Shown piece by piece: positions 26,331 to 37,186 of a DNA stretch of 64,000 nucleotides (position 1 is its first letter; every line of letters starts with the position of its first letter). Where the stretch lies: IMG/VR virus record IMGVR_UViG_3300022856_000004. One strand, written 5' to 3'. The notes under the pieces were generated by a model. That model made no database searches. It saw only the letters and a list, made by a program, of their open reading frames with translations, and had not been told where the DNA came from. The DNA is from an uncultured virus (IMG/VR IMGVR_UViG_3300022856_000004). Taxonomy: Duplodnaviria; Heunggongvirae; Uroviricota; Caudoviricetes. The position numbers and the translations under genes were made by a program.

Positions 26331-26600
26331 TTACTTCTTTAATTTTAAGTATTTTTTATTGTTCTGTGTATTTTTCTTCTGAAACTTAACTTCGTGTTGT
26401 TTAGTTGGTTCATACATAACTTCACTATCATACATACGAGTTACTCTAAAGAAACCATCATCTTTTAAATTAAACTCATCACATACTACTTTAGCACTAT
26501 CAAAGTTATCATCTGTAGCTACACGTCGCCACATAGTAATTGTTCTACCTAATACAAATTTTAAACTTCTTGGGTGTTCTGTTCGTTCAACAAAAAACAT
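26331..26600 (-). CDS. hypothetical protein
   Basis: 89-aa ORF directly after the promoter at 26629-26660. Confidence 0.7.
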   Translation of the reverse strand: MFFVERTEHPRSLKFVLGRTITMWRRVATDDNFDSAKVVCDEFNLKDDGFFRVTRMYDSEVMYEPTKQHEVKFQKKNTQNNKKYLKLKK

Positions 26601-26628
26601 ATATTTTCTATCTCTAATTAATAATATA

Positions 26629-26660
26629 CAAACTTACGAAAAAGAAATTACATTTCCAAA
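26629..26660 (-). promoter_or_regulatory. Bacteroidota-type promoter
   Basis: TTTG-N20-TAAGTTTG. Confidence 0.8.
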
Positions 26661-27478
26661 TTTATTTTTTTGATATTGCAATTCATAATATCAGATTTGA
26701 CTGGTTGCCAAAACTCTTCTATACCATCAAATGTATATACGTTATATTGTGAGAATCGTGATGAATCTTTATCTACTAATCTACGTTCTCCGTGATATAG
26801 TGATGGTGACATTATCAATGCTGAAATTCTGTTGGTTTTAAATGGTTTTACCATTAAAGAATTAAATCTACTAATATCCATTATATATTTGTTATATAAT
26901 CTCATTCTTTCGATACTATCTTCCATATAAGGAATTGCAAAATCTTCAAATGTATATTTATTCAAAAGATGTGATTTAGGTGAAAACTTAACAGTTCCAT
27001 TACTTAAATCTGTATCTTCTAATGCTATAAATACTTTACATATATGATTTGTTGATGTAGTGTTCAAATGTAATAATTGATTGTGTATCGCTTTAGTTTC
27101 ACCTAAAAACGTATTCATAGTATGAAATGGTTTAGGTTTCTTAGCGAATAAATACTCTATTGTATTTAATATAGTTGTATTATACAATAATTCTTCTGAT
27201 AAAGAATTAGTCTTAAAATAATCATAAACTGTATTTTTATAACCATATGAATAATATGGAGATTCTAAGTTTACATCACCAGTTATTATTGACTTTTGTA
27301 ATTGAGATTCAAATTCATCAATGAATAATTGATCTATATCCAAATCAATTTTTAGAAATCCAAATCTATGAAAAAATAATATATCTTTTAAATGGTTCTT
27401 ATCAAATTCATTTCTAATAGGATATAGATACATTGGTAGATTTGGCATTTCCGACATAGGCAATGGGAAATCTATCAT
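26648..27478 (-). CDS. phytanoyl-CoA dioxygenase (PhyH)-like protein, metal site apparently altered
   Basis: FHRFGFL, VFIALEDxxxxNGTVxFxPKSH, LYHG, R; the HxD position reads HNQ. Confidence 0.65.
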   Translation of the reverse strand: MIDFPLPMSEMPNLPMYLYPIRNEFDKNHLKDILFFHRFGFLKIDLDIDQLFIDEFESQLQKSIITGDVNLESPYYSYGYKNTVYDYFKTNSLSEELLYNTTILNTIEYLFAKKPKPFHTMNTFLGETKAIHNQLLHLNTTSTNHICKVFIALEDTDLSNGTVKFSPKSHLLNKYTFEDFAIPYMEDSIERMRLYNKYIMDISRFNSLMVKPFKTNRISALIMSPSLYHGERRLVDKDSSRFSQYNVYTFDGIEEFWQPVKSDIMNCNIKKINLEM

Positions 27479-28101
27479 ATAGAGTTATAAAGGTTATTCT
27501 GTTTAACTTGTTTATCTAAATCTTTAATATGTATAAGTTCATAACCAGAATCGCTTGGTAATTTTGAATATTTATCAAATCCAACTATAGTTTCGTGAAC
27601 TGCACCTTGCCATTTAATTTTATCTGTATTCTTATATAATCTAGCTTGGTAATCTGGATAATTTATATATCCATTCAAATCTATCTGCCATCTCATTTTT
27701 TTAATATAATCTTCTGTTATACCATTAACTATATTAATTCTTGGTAAATAGAATAAATCTATATCTGAGTATTGAGTTAAAAAATCCTTTATAATATCAG
27801 GAAAATACTCATTTATATATTCATCTGAATCTATATTAAATATATAATCACCAGAACATTTAGAATTTAAAAAATTCTTTTGGTGTGCAAAATCTCTATT
27901 TAAAGGATTTTCATATACTTTGATTTGATCTGATGTTGATGTATATTCAAAACATAAATCTATAATATCACGTGTAGTATTACCTTGATCTTGTACTATG
28001 ACTATTTCATCATTAGATTGTATAGATTTTAATAATAAATCAACTAAAAACTTAAATTCTTTATATTCATTACATACTAAAATTGCGTATGATATTTTCA
28101 T
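27475..28101 (-). CDS. glycosyltransferase family 2
   Basis: ISYAILVCNE, FAHQKN, YIFNIDSDE, PDYQARL, WxGxVHE. Confidence 0.85.
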   Translation of the reverse strand: MKISYAILVCNEYKEFKFLVDLLLKSIQSNDEIVIVQDQGNTTRDIIDLCFEYTSTSDQIKVYENPLNRDFAHQKNFLNSKCSGDYIFNIDSDEYINEYFPDIIKDFLTQYSDIDLFYLPRINIVNGITEDYIKKMRWQIDLNGYINYPDYQARLYKNTDKIKWQGAVHETIVGFDKYSKLPSDSGYELIHIKDLDKQVKQNNLYNSI

Positions 28102-28102
28102 A

Positions 28103-28942
28103 TTATTTCTTTTTCTTTATATTTTTCATTTTATCAGAATATAGGAAATCTGACTGTTTCTTTATATAATCTCTATCATCTTGGTATTGTTCCATCATAC
28201 TATTAATTGTATCATCATCCGTTCTACCAGAACGCATAGAGTTTATTATTTCGTCCTTTAATTCCATAGAAGTCTTCATTCTATGTGTTATATCGGCTTT
28301 AACATATTCTTCTTTTGTTTCTGGAATACCATTATAATCAATACCTTTAAATTTATGAGCTTGTAAATAATCTCTCTGTGCTTGGCTCATCTCTACATAT
28401 TGATCTATAGTTATAGTATTTGGATTACCTGGATCAACACCCAATCCATATAAAAATCTATATTGTATTTCTTCTGGAAAATTATAATCTATCAATTGAT
28501 AATAATTAAAATTCTTTATTATCATCCGTCTATATGCTTTAGGCTTCTTATCAGTAACATATTCACGTATAACACCATCATAATAACGTCTAGATGATAA
28601 ATCCATTTTTAATTTTGGTATATCAAGTATAGTGTGCTTCTGCTCATAATATATATATTTCAATCCATATTTGTCTGCTATATCATCAAATGAACTTACA
28701 TCAAATGCGTCTAAATTTAATGCATGGACATAACCATCATAATTCTTATTAAGAACTAATAATAAATATTCATGTGGTTGATCTAAACCCTTACGTTGAT
28801 ATTCTTTGCTTGATGGGGTATAGTTACCAATGATAACCATACCTTTTTCAAGTCTATTATGAACTATAGGAGTTTTACGTAAAATCCTATCACGATGTTG
28901 TAAGTTTTTAAAATGTCGTATATCTTTATATGACTTAGCCAT
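28103..28942 (-). CDS. hypothetical protein (weak resemblance to T4 gp2 DNA-end protector)
   Basis: LLLVL...GxxHALNL and YRRM segments; resemblance by eye only. Confidence 0.55.
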   Translation of the reverse strand: MAKSYKDIRHFKNLQHRDRILRKTPIVHNRLEKGMVIIGNYTPSSKEYQRKGLDQPHEYLLLVLNKNYDGYVHALNLDAFDVSSFDDIADKYGLKYIYYEQKHTILDIPKLKMDLSSRRYYDGVIREYVTDKKPKAYRRMIIKNFNYYQLIDYNFPEEIQYRFLYGLGVDPGNPNTITIDQYVEMSQAQRDYLQAHKFKGIDYNGIPETKEEYVKADITHRMKTSMELKDEIINSMRSGRTDDDTINSMMEQYQDDRDYIKKQSDFLYSDKMKNIKKKK

Positions 28943-30257
28943 TAGACTTTACTTTATTTAATTTAGGTAATTCTATCTTTTTCAATTTAGGTAATTCCAT
29001 CTTAACTTCAGTTGGTATATCAGGAATATATCTATCTAATATCTGCTCAAACTTCACTTGCATTTTATCCAATGAGAAGTTATTTCTAATTGCATTCATA
29101 CCAGATTTGGCGTTTTTAGATAATTTAAGTTCATTAGTATGTTTATAATGCAAAAACATAACTTGCTTAAAATGTTCATAATCAGGTTCAAACCAATGTG
29201 ATTCTGGTATTAATACATCTTCCCAAACAGCAGATTGGTGTATTTTCTCTAATTTACCAGGTAACATATGATGGTCTTTTTTATTTAGAAAATCTAAATG
29301 TCCAGACCAACCACTTGCAATTACAGGTTTACCTATAGATGCAAATTCCAACATAGGTCTACCATAACCCTCACCCCTAGTTAGATTTACCATTGCTGAT
29401 ACTTTCTTGTGATTATACAATGAAACCATTTCTTTTTTGCTTAATTCACCATGTAATAAGTAAATATTTGGAATTTTACTTTTATCGGTAAATATAGATT
29501 GAATCTTGTTGATTTTTTCAACTACCATATCTCTATCTGTTATAGATAATGTTCCAACTGATGTTTTCAATATTAATGCTGGTTTAGCTCCTTCAGTATT
29601 ATAGAATGTTTCTATAAATGATTTTACTAACATACCAGTATTCTTGCGATCTTGACCTAAATCACCATTTAACCAATGACCAACATATAAATATGCAAAC
29701 TCTTCATCTATATTGTCTAATATATTAGCTATACTTGGTTCTACAGGAGTCTTCTTATTAATTAATTTAGTATCAACACCCTCAAATAAAACCTCACATG
29801 GTCTCATAAGTTCAAGTTGACCAGTTCGATTACCATTATTATCTTTAATTTCATATTTAGAAACTTCAAATACATCTTTGCTATGTTTAGATGGAACTAT
29901 AACTAAATCCATTTGATTACAACCCTCAATCCACTTAGCAGATGATAGGTTTGTTTCTATTCCAGCTGTAATACCAATATTGTATTTTCCTAACCTTTTA
30001 AATAATGATGGAACTGTAACCTGCATAAATATATCAGGTGCTTCAGTAACTTTAACTGCTATTCTATCAATAATACTTATATCATCAGGATCATTAGTAT
30101 CTAATGCACCCATAGGAGTTGAACCCCAACGTGTAGGTAATATTGTAATATCATATTTGTCCATATTAATCAATGATACTGCTAAATCACGTGCGTGATG
30201 TCCGTATCCTGATAGGGTATCGACTGGCCCTTCAAAATATAATTTTAATTTTGACAT
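28935..30257 (-). CDS. glycosyltransferase family 4
   Basis: SGYGHHAR, VIVPSKHS, RKNxG, RGEGYGRPMLEF..GKPVIASGWSGHLDF. Confidence 0.85.
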   Translation of the reverse strand: MSKLKLYFEGPVDTLSGYGHHARDLAVSLINMDKYDITILPTRWGSTPMGALDTNDPDDISIIDRIAVKVTEAPDIFMQVTVPSLFKRLGKYNIGITAGIETNLSSAKWIEGCNQMDLVIVPSKHSKDVFEVSKYEIKDNNGNRTGQLELMRPCEVLFEGVDTKLINKKTPVEPSIANILDNIDEEFAYLYVGHWLNGDLGQDRKNTGMLVKSFIETFYNTEGAKPALILKTSVGTLSITDRDMVVEKINKIQSIFTDKSKIPNIYLLHGELSKKEMVSLYNHKKVSAMVNLTRGEGYGRPMLEFASIGKPVIASGWSGHLDFLNKKDHHMLPGKLEKIHQSAVWEDVLIPESHWFEPDYEHFKQVMFLHYKHTNELKLSKNAKSGMNAIRNNFSLDKMQVKFEQILDRYIPDIPTEVKMELPKLKKIELPKLNKVKSNG

Positions 30258-30641
30258 TTATAATTCCTTTAAGAAGTTTTCTGGTATTTCTTTTTTATCA
30301 CTAAATTTTCTAACTTTATCTATTTCGGCAACTACATTATCATCCGAATCTGTTATAATCCACATAATAGTATTTTTTCCAAACTCTAACTCATATTGTA
30401 AATCAACTATTTCAAACTCGTAACGTATAGTTCCGTATGTAGTTGGGATTATATTATGAACTGATATATTATTATATACTTCTTCTGGAAATAACTCTAT
30501 AAAATTAACTAAACAATTTATAGATTCTATACATGGTGCAGGAGAACCCATACAATCAAAGTTATAATGTAATTCTTTAATTCTATAAACCTTCTTAATA
30601 AGTTTATTCTTCTCTATCTTATTTTGATTGATCATATACAA
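30258..30641 (-). CDS. hypothetical protein
   Basis: 127-aa ORF between GT genes. Confidence 0.6.
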   Translation of the reverse strand: MYMINQNKIEKNKLIKKVYRIKELHYNFDCMGSPAPCIESINCLVNFIELFPEEVYNNISVHNIIPTTYGTIRYEFEIVDLQYELEFGKNTIMWIITDSDDNVVAEIDKVRKFSDKKEIPENFLKEL

Positions 30642-31569
30642 TTTTAGATGATTTGTTTTTAAATTGATCTATTTTAACATTCTCAAATGAAAACGTATCT
30701 ACATCAGCCATATAGCCAACGAAGTCAGAATGTAATGTATCTATACATTTAATCATTCTGTTACACATATTCTTAGAAGTCATACCAGTTCTAACATCTA
30801 AACAATATTCTCTGGCTAATCGACCACGTCTATCACGTTCTTCTTTACCCATATCATATACTTTCTTTAGTGCATCAGCTACATCATTAGTAGAACAATA
30901 ATCTTCGTATATATATGGTGTTGGTGGTGATCCAACCATAGTTCTTATTTTTGGATATACTGGTAATACCCACTCACCATGTGTAGTATATTTACCATCA
31001 GCATTAGTCATCCAATCAGAGTTATAGTAACTTTCGTCAATTAACACGTCGTTTTCATCTCTAAAGCCCATTTGATCTTGTAGCCCACCAGTAACATTTC
31101 CAATTATCATAGTACCAGCCATCATAGACTCGTGACTACTCAAACCCCAACCCTCAGCAAATGATATATTTAATGTTACATCTGATATATTATATAATCG
31201 GTTCATAGTTTTAGTATCTACTTTCTTAGGTGAAAATGCAACTTTATAATCAGGACATAATGCCTCAATTACAGCTGGTAGATCAGTACCATTATTATCA
31301 ATTGGATCTGTATGTAATATCAATACACATTTATCAGCTTTATCTTTTGGTAACATATCACAGAACATCTTATAAGCTAATATAACATCGGATGGTCTTT
31401 TTCTTCTTATATTTCTATTAGACCAAAACACAGTAAATTCAGCATTTGTTCGTTGTATATGGTCATTCTTAAACTTTAAAAATTCTTCATCATCTTCCTC
31501 AATAGGAAAATAATAATCTTCATTTATACCATGTGGTATATAGGATAAATACCTATTATAATCTATCAT
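30619..31569 (-). CDS. GT4 glycosyltransferase, C-terminal half
   Basis: YIPHG, NRNIRRK, EGWGLSSHESMMAG, TGGLQDQ. Confidence 0.8.
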   Translation of the reverse strand: MIDYNRYLSYIPHGINEDYYFPIEEDDEEFLKFKNDHIQRTNAEFTVFWSNRNIRRKRPSDVILAYKMFCDMLPKDKADKCVLILHTDPIDNNGTDLPAVIEALCPDYKVAFSPKKVDTKTMNRLYNISDVTLNISFAEGWGLSSHESMMAGTMIIGNVTGGLQDQMGFRDENDVLIDESYYNSDWMTNADGKYTTHGEWVLPVYPKIRTMVGSPPTPYIYEDYCSTNDVADALKKVYDMGKEERDRRGRLAREYCLDVRTGMTSKNMCNRMIKCIDTLHSDFVGYMADVDTFSFENVKIDQFKNKSSKIVYDQSK

Positions 31570-31580
31570 CGTTAACCTTA

Positions 31581-32201
31581 TTATTTATGATCTATTGTTC
31601 TAAATTGCTCATCTCTAAGTACATCTTGATTTAAGGCATATGTTTGTTTTGATATACCAATTAATAAATCACATGACTTATACGCACTTTTATTCCACAT
31701 TGGAGATGGTGAATCATCCCAAATATTATAATATATTAATGGGATACCTTTTGATCTTATCTCATGTTCCATCATATATAACCAACCCCATTGTCTAGGA
31801 TCCGTAAAGTGAAATATCATATCTGGTTTCTCATATGTCATAACTTCTAATAGAATATCTCTATTGCCATATCCATTATTACAATATATATTAAAATATG
31901 AATCTTCAACTCCTGTTTCCTTTTCAATAGAATCACTAAGTAATATTTTTTTACCTTTCTCTGGGTGATTTAACCCAGCTCCAATCTGTGACCAATTATA
32001 ACGATGAATAGTTCCTAAAACTATCTCTTTACTTTGAGTTGCAACACCACTAAAATACCTAACATCATCAGATAATAATAATATCTTCTTACGCTTATCA
32101 GGTGCTAATACTTCGGTTCCATTTCTATCATCACCAACTTTAAATCTTATATGATCCTTGTTGGTTGGTTGTATAGGCTTTAACTTTGGTAATTCTACCA
32201 T
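31581..32201 (-). CDS. GT4 glycosyltransferase, N-terminal half
   Basis: KILLLSDD...SGVAT, EKPDxxxxFTDP, YYNIWD, GISKQT. Confidence 0.75.
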   Translation of the reverse strand: MVELPKLKPIQPTNKDHIRFKVGDDRNGTEVLAPDKRKKILLLSDDVRYFSGVATQSKEIVLGTIHRYNWSQIGAGLNHPEKGKKILLSDSIEKETGVEDSYFNIYCNNGYGNRDILLEVMTYEKPDMIFHFTDPRQWGWLYMMEHEIRSKGIPLIYYNIWDDSPSPMWNKSAYKSCDLLIGISKQTYALNQDVLRDEQFRTIDHK

Positions 32202-32467
32202 TAGTTACCTCTTGATTTTCTTGTAGTTGTTTTAGAAGTCTTTTTAGATTCAGATTTGATAGTTTCTTCGGTTTTCAAATCTAATTCATCTTGAATACCT
32301 TGTTCGATTTCTTCTTCTAATTCAGCTTGGATGTATTCTTCCAATGAATCAGTTGTAATAGTAGCTTCCTCTTGAATAGGAGTTTCAACTTTAACTTCTT
32401 CTACTATCTCTATCGTTTCTGGTTCAACTCTTACTGGTGGAGTTGATTTTATAGCTCTATGTGCCAT
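32201..32467 (-). CDS. acidic low-complexity hypothetical protein
   Basis: E-rich core with K/T-rich tail. Confidence 0.65.
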   Translation of the reverse strand: MAHRAIKSTPPVRVEPETIEIVEEVKVETPIQEEATITTDSLEEYIQAELEEEIEQGIQDELDLKTEETIKSESKKTSKTTTRKSRGN

Positions 32468-32527
32468 GCTCAGTTTCCTGTTTAAATTAAAAAATTCAAA
32501 GATAAATATAAACTAATTTTACAAGAA

Positions 32528-33490
32528 TTAACTTCGGTTGGTTTTTGTGCAATATTCATCTGTATTATAAGGACAATAATTGCAATTAAAATTATTACGT
32601 CCAGTTTTTTTATCGAATGTCTTATCATATAAATAACTTCCATTACCGTCGAATCCACCTTCCAAGAAATCAGTTATTATCTTTTTAGATTTATTGATTG
32701 TTACATTTCCATGTGGAACATCAACCTTTTGTATATAACTAACTTTAACTGGAAAATCAACTGTCTCTGGATCTAATACCTTTCGTTTCAAAACATAAAA
32801 AACTGTTTTTATTTGTTCTAATGGTATATTCATTATATGAGAAAAGAATGTTCTATATAATATTAATTGGGTTCTAATCACATCATCTTTCTTTTTATAG
32901 TCATTCCAAGATTTAGTAGCTGTCTTTAAATCTATTATTAGATATTCTTTTGTTTTCTTATCTTGTAGGACAATATCTAGTTTTTGTAATATAGCAACAC
33001 CATAATCCTCTAATAGAGTATATATTGGAAATTCTATAGCAAATAACTTATATGTTTTTGTAGAAAAATACTTTAGTCTATTGGTTTTTAACCAATCTAA
33101 TATTCTCACACCATCATTATAGAATTCAGCCATATCATCACGTGATATATCCATATCAACTTTTTCATTAATATCATTCTCTTGATATATCTCAACCATA
33201 TAATGATGTAATAACTCGTTAAGATTTATAGCATCAGCTTCTTTAACCGATACATTAAATATATAATGTAAATACATCTGTATTGTCTGGTGCATTGCAG
33301 TACCAAATAACAGATGTATATTATATTTATCTATTCTATTCTTATCAATATATCTAAGTTTCCATTTATTAGGACAAGCAGTATACATCTGTATCTGACT
33401 GAATGATATTAATGGTGTGTCCTTTAGAAGTATTGGTTCTGGTTTATATGTTATATCATCGAACTTTGGTAGTGTTTTTATAAAACTCAT
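32528..33490 (-). CDS. PD-(D/E)XK nuclease (RecB/Cas4-like)
   Basis: SFSQ..Y..CP, FGTAMH, LDIV..IIDLKT, QLxLY, CxxCP..C. Confidence 0.85.
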   Translation of the reverse strand: MSFIKTLPKFDDITYKPEPILLKDTPLISFSQIQMYTACPNKWKLRYIDKNRIDKYNIHLLFGTAMHQTIQMYLHYIFNVSVKEADAINLNELLHHYMVEIYQENDINEKVDMDISRDDMAEFYNDGVRILDWLKTNRLKYFSTKTYKLFAIEFPIYTLLEDYGVAILQKLDIVLQDKKTKEYLIIDLKTATKSWNDYKKKDDVIRTQLILYRTFFSHIMNIPLEQIKTVFYVLKRKVLDPETVDFPVKVSYIQKVDVPHGNVTINKSKKIITDFLEGGFDGNGSYLYDKTFDKKTGRNNFNCNYCPYNTDEYCTKTNRS

Positions 33491-33598
33491 ATGCTAAATC
33501 AAATGTTTTAAATTGTTTAAATTTAATAATAATATCTCGGTCGTATATATCAATTACCCACATCTTAGTTGATGATGAGTATATAGGGAATTTGTATC

Positions 33599-34153
33599 TT
33601 ATTCGTCTATCCATTCTTTAACCAATTGTTTAGCTTTTGTTTCTAATCCTATATAATCACTATCGTTAAGTATGATATGGTCAAATTCAGAGTAACTTCT
33701 ATCTAAATCCACTTCTGATTGGTGTTGGTCATCTGGTATAGAATAACCTTCATAACTAGCATCAATACGTACTACGATACCACCTAATCTCTTAATTGCA
33801 TCAAGCTCACCCTTAAATCTAACATCAGTTATTATCCAATTACTATGATCATTATAAGTTGACATTAAAGATTTAATCCAAATATCATTATCGAAGTTAT
33901 CTCTCAAACTTTCAGTTCCTAATATCTGTAACATTTGACGAACACTCATACCCCAATCTTCTAAGTAATAAGGTTTGTAGTTATCATCAAAAAAATAATA
34001 TTCTGGTAATCCAGTTATAATACCACATATTCGTTTTAAATTATTAGCAAATGATTTAGTTTCATACTTTTCATATAAACTACGCTGTAGTATTTTAGCA
34101 AACGTATCCTTTCCAGATCGTTTCTTACCTGATATACCTATTAATTTGTTCAT
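33599..34153 (-). CDS. deoxynucleoside monophosphate kinase (T4 gp1-like)
   Basis: GKKRSGKDT, FAxxLK, RxxLQxxGTE, ITDVRFxxE, HxSE. Confidence 0.9.
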   Translation of the reverse strand: MNKLIGISGKKRSGKDTFAKILQRSLYEKYETKSFANNLKRICGIITGLPEYYFFDDNYKPYYLEDWGMSVRQMLQILGTESLRDNFDNDIWIKSLMSTYNDHSNWIITDVRFKGELDAIKRLGGIVVRIDASYEGYSIPDDQHQSEVDLDRSYSEFDHIILNDSDYIGLETKAKQLVKEWIDE

Positions 34154-34602
34154 ATAGTTCCTATTTTTTTAATTATTTTTTTATATTCTTTATTATCTAA
34201 ATTTGATTCCGATATAATATGAATTAACTCGTCTTTTCCATCCTGTATATCAATTAACATATTATAATATGAAAGTGCAATTCTACCATTACAATTATAA
34301 TAATTCATTATAGATTTTATTATAATATCAATATCTTTATCAGATTTGGTATTAGATTTTATAAGTTTATTATATCCTAATTTACGTGGTAATACAAGTT
34401 GCATTAGTTTATACTGTTGTTCTGTATCAAGATATAGATTAGATACTATCTGTAGTGTATTGATAGTATCTAAATATTCAATATCCATTGATATTAATCT
34501 ATTAACAATATAAAATGGAAACGTAGCCATTTCATGACTATCTATATCATCAAAGTTAGTTTTATAAGTTGTTAGATGTTTTATCGCTGTGTTTATATCC
34601 AT
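34150..34602 (-). CDS. clamp loader small subunit (gp62-like)
   Basis: FYIVNRLISM motif; lies next to the gp44-like gene. Confidence 0.65.
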   Translation of the reverse strand: MDINTAIKHLTTYKTNFDDIDSHEMATFPFYIVNRLISMDIEYLDTINTLQIVSNLYLDTEQQYKLMQLVLPRKLGYNKLIKSNTKSDKDIDIIIKSIMNYYNCNGRIALSYYNMLIDIQDGKDELIHIISESNLDNKEYKKIIKKIGTI

Positions 34603-34603
34603 A

Positions 34604-34837
34604 TTACAGTTTAGGCATTAACTCTTCAAGTATTTCACCACATTTAGAGCAACAGAATACATCTATTGGGATGAACTGATCTGTTGGTTGTCCTGTTAAT
34701 ATAGCGGACGCTCTACGTATAATCATTTTAGTTTCAAATACATCATAATCACATGATTTACAATGTACTTCTGTTGTCTTAGTTATATCTAATCTTGGTT
34801 GTTGCATTTGCTGATTGTTAGCTCCTACTAAATCCAT
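34604..34837 (-). CDS. small zinc-ribbon protein
   Basis: CKSC ... CSKCG. Confidence 0.7.
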   Translation of the reverse strand: MDLVGANNQQMQQPRLDITKTTEVHCKSCDYDVFETKMIIRRASAILTGQPTDQFIPIDVFCCSKCGEILEELMPKL

Positions 34838-34838
34838 A

Positions 34839-35780
34839 TTATCCTTTTGTTAAAATTGATGAGAACATACTCATTATATTTATTTCTTTATCTAAAGAGA
34901 AATAATCTTGATATTGATATTGACCTATCAATATTATATTTGACATCATATCACCTGGTAGTGATTCGATGTTAGTTGATATATATTTGTATATATCATT
35001 AAAATTAGTTATTCTTTCGTCAGCTATAAATTGACGAATAGATTTTATTTTTTCAGTATTAGACTTTGTAGACTTCATAATTGTTAATAATATATTAAGT
35101 TCATCTTTAGTCTTTTTATTCTTATTATTAAGTTTATATTCTCCAGATATACATTTACTCTGTAACTCATTATACATAGATCTCATATCTGGATATGAAT
35201 TATTAATTATATCAACTATACCATTAATTATATCTGGATTTTCAGAATCGTATTTTATTGATTCATTATCCATAACATACATTAATCTAGCCATTATATC
35301 TTCTTTTGGAGTATCAACAATATCATATAATTTACATCTTGATTTTATAGATGGTAATATTCTATCCGAATAATTACAAGTTAATAAAAATCTAGAACTA
35401 TCACTATATGTTTCTATTATATAGTTTAATGATTCTTGTTGTTTAATTGGTACTCTATGAAACTCTTCAAGTAATATTATTTTTAAGTCTTTCTCTGGAA
35501 CAGATTGACAGAAAGGTAATATTTGGTTTCTTATAGCATCCATATTCATACTTTCATTTGTACTAATAATTAAACTTTCGGCATCCAACTCATTTATTAA
35601 CATTTTTGCTAATGCGGTCTTACCGATACCAGGTGTACCACATAATAACATATGTGGTATATCCTTGTGTTCAATCATATCACTTATATCTTGCTTGAAG
35701 TCATCAGAACAAACATAATCATTTATTGTGCGTGGTCTATACTTTTCAGCCCATATTTTTGTGTTATCTCTAAATATCAT
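34839..35780 (-). CDS. clamp loader large subunit (gp44/RFC)
   Basis: WAEKYRP, GTPGIGKT, LEEF, SRC, PDMR. Confidence 0.9.
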   Translation of the reverse strand: MIFRDNTKIWAEKYRPRTINDYVCSDDFKQDISDMIEHKDIPHMLLCGTPGIGKTALAKMLINELDAESLIISTNESMNMDAIRNQILPFCQSVPEKDLKIILLEEFHRVPIKQQESLNYIIETYSDSSRFLLTCNYSDRILPSIKSRCKLYDIVDTPKEDIMARLMYVMDNESIKYDSENPDIINGIVDIINNSYPDMRSMYNELQSKCISGEYKLNNKNKKTKDELNILLTIMKSTKSNTEKIKSIRQFIADERITNFNDIYKYISTNIESLPGDMMSNIILIGQYQYQDYFSLDKEINIMSMFSSILTKG

Positions 35781-37171
35781 TTATCTTCTAATATAATTGG
35801 TGTATATAAAGTTCTACCACGTTTACTATCAATAACAAATAGATTTTGTGATGGTGGTTCATACTCAGCCTTGATACTTACTGCGTATGGGTTATACCCT
35901 ATCAAACAACCATTTAATATAAATCCCTTACCAATTAATGATTGGTGGAAGTGACCGAATACATCTAAATCGGCTCTAATAGATCTATTCCAAGCTGCAA
36001 TAGCTTTGTTAATTGGAATAGTTGGTCCACCAACACCACCACCATATCTCATAAAGTGTCCATGATGAAAACGTGTTATAGTTCCATATATATCTAATAT
36101 AGTATGATAACTTCGTTGTGCGTGGAATGTAACCATCTTATTAGATTTATAATGTTGTTCTAATACATAATACATATATTGTTCTAATGAATGCCCCAAT
36201 TCAGTTGATATTCTTTGTTGTTTAGTCATTCTACCATGATTACCAGTAGAAGATACAATCTCAATAGGCAATCCAGTATTAGCAAGTATATAGTCTATAG
36301 CACCTGCAATTCTATTTTGTACTTCTATTATAGCTTCGGTTGGCATTAATGAATTTGATTCCATTAAATCATCATGAATATCACCAGTTATAAAGTCACC
36401 ACCTAAATGGATAATTATTTTTTTGGTTTTATAAGGAACCTTAATCATATCAACCATTCTACCTGTATCATGCATAAGACAATTAATACGTTTCTCTGCT
36501 ATACCAAGATTAAACTCATTTAATCCATTTACAGAATGATAATGTACTGTTTCTTCTATGTGCCAATCAGACCATTGCAATACAATTGCTGATTCACTAC
36601 CCTTTATAATATTAGGAGTTGATTTGATTATTTTAGGTGTAAAGTTGTTAGATAGAGTATCTACCATTTTAGATTCAACTTTTAATTCTTCAATTTCACT
36701 TAATGCACGTTTATACTTTTCATTTAATAGTTTATTCTCTCTATCTTTATTTCTAAGTTTTATATCTACACCAGTATCAATTACAACCGTAGTGTTATCT
36801 TGTATACCTTCATCGATTTCATAATCGTTAAATATATCATCTAACTCTAACTCTGAATCATCAATATCAATGATCTTGTTATTAATACACCAATTCTTAA
36901 CTACTGTATAGGAAAGCCCATATTTAGTAGCTACTGATTGTATATCATTTGACTGTTGAGCTTCAGATATAACTTTGTTTTTAAATTTATCGGAATAATC
37001 ACTAACTAGTTTGGGTCTATCTAAAAAACCCAAATCACATCTGGTTTCCCAATTTGGTATTGTGTGATCACCACCAATACCATATTTCTGTTTTAGTTCT
37101 TTATAACTTGCACCTGCACGTCTTTCAGCAACTATCCGTTTCTTAGCTTTATTAGAATATTTCTTAGCCAT
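35777..37171 (-). CDS. tandem HTH + calcineurin-like metallophosphoesterase
   Basis: Two KYSxxxK...KYG...NW HTH units; SDWH, GGD, GNHGR, HGH, GHFH. Confidence 0.8.
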   Translation of the reverse strand: MAKKYSNKAKKRIVAERRAGASYKELKQKYGIGGDHTIPNWETRCDLGFLDRPKLVSDYSDKFKNKVISEAQQSNDIQSVATKYGLSYTVVKNWCINNKIIDIDDSELELDDIFNDYEIDEGIQDNTTVVIDTGVDIKLRNKDRENKLLNEKYKRALSEIEELKVESKMVDTLSNNFTPKIIKSTPNIIKGSESAIVLQWSDWHIEETVHYHSVNGLNEFNLGIAEKRINCLMHDTGRMVDMIKVPYKTKKIIIHLGGDFITGDIHDDLMESNSLMPTEAIIEVQNRIAGAIDYILANTGLPIEIVSSTGNHGRMTKQQRISTELGHSLEQYMYYVLEQHYKSNKMVTFHAQRSYHTILDIYGTITRFHHGHFMRYGGGVGGPTIPINKAIAAWNRSIRADLDVFGHFHQSLIGKGFILNGCLIGYNPYAVSIKAEYEPPSQNLFVIDSKRGRTLYTPIILEDK

Positions 37172-37186
37172 TAAAATGCCTTTTGT

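Noticed and set aside
32528..33490. Cas4 of a CRISPR adaptation module
   Set aside because: Stand-alone PD-(D/E)XK nuclease in a replication context; no cas1/cas2 or array.
35777..37171. IS3-like transposase
   Set aside because: Only HTH units are present, fused to a metallophosphoesterase; no DDE domain or terminal repeats seen.
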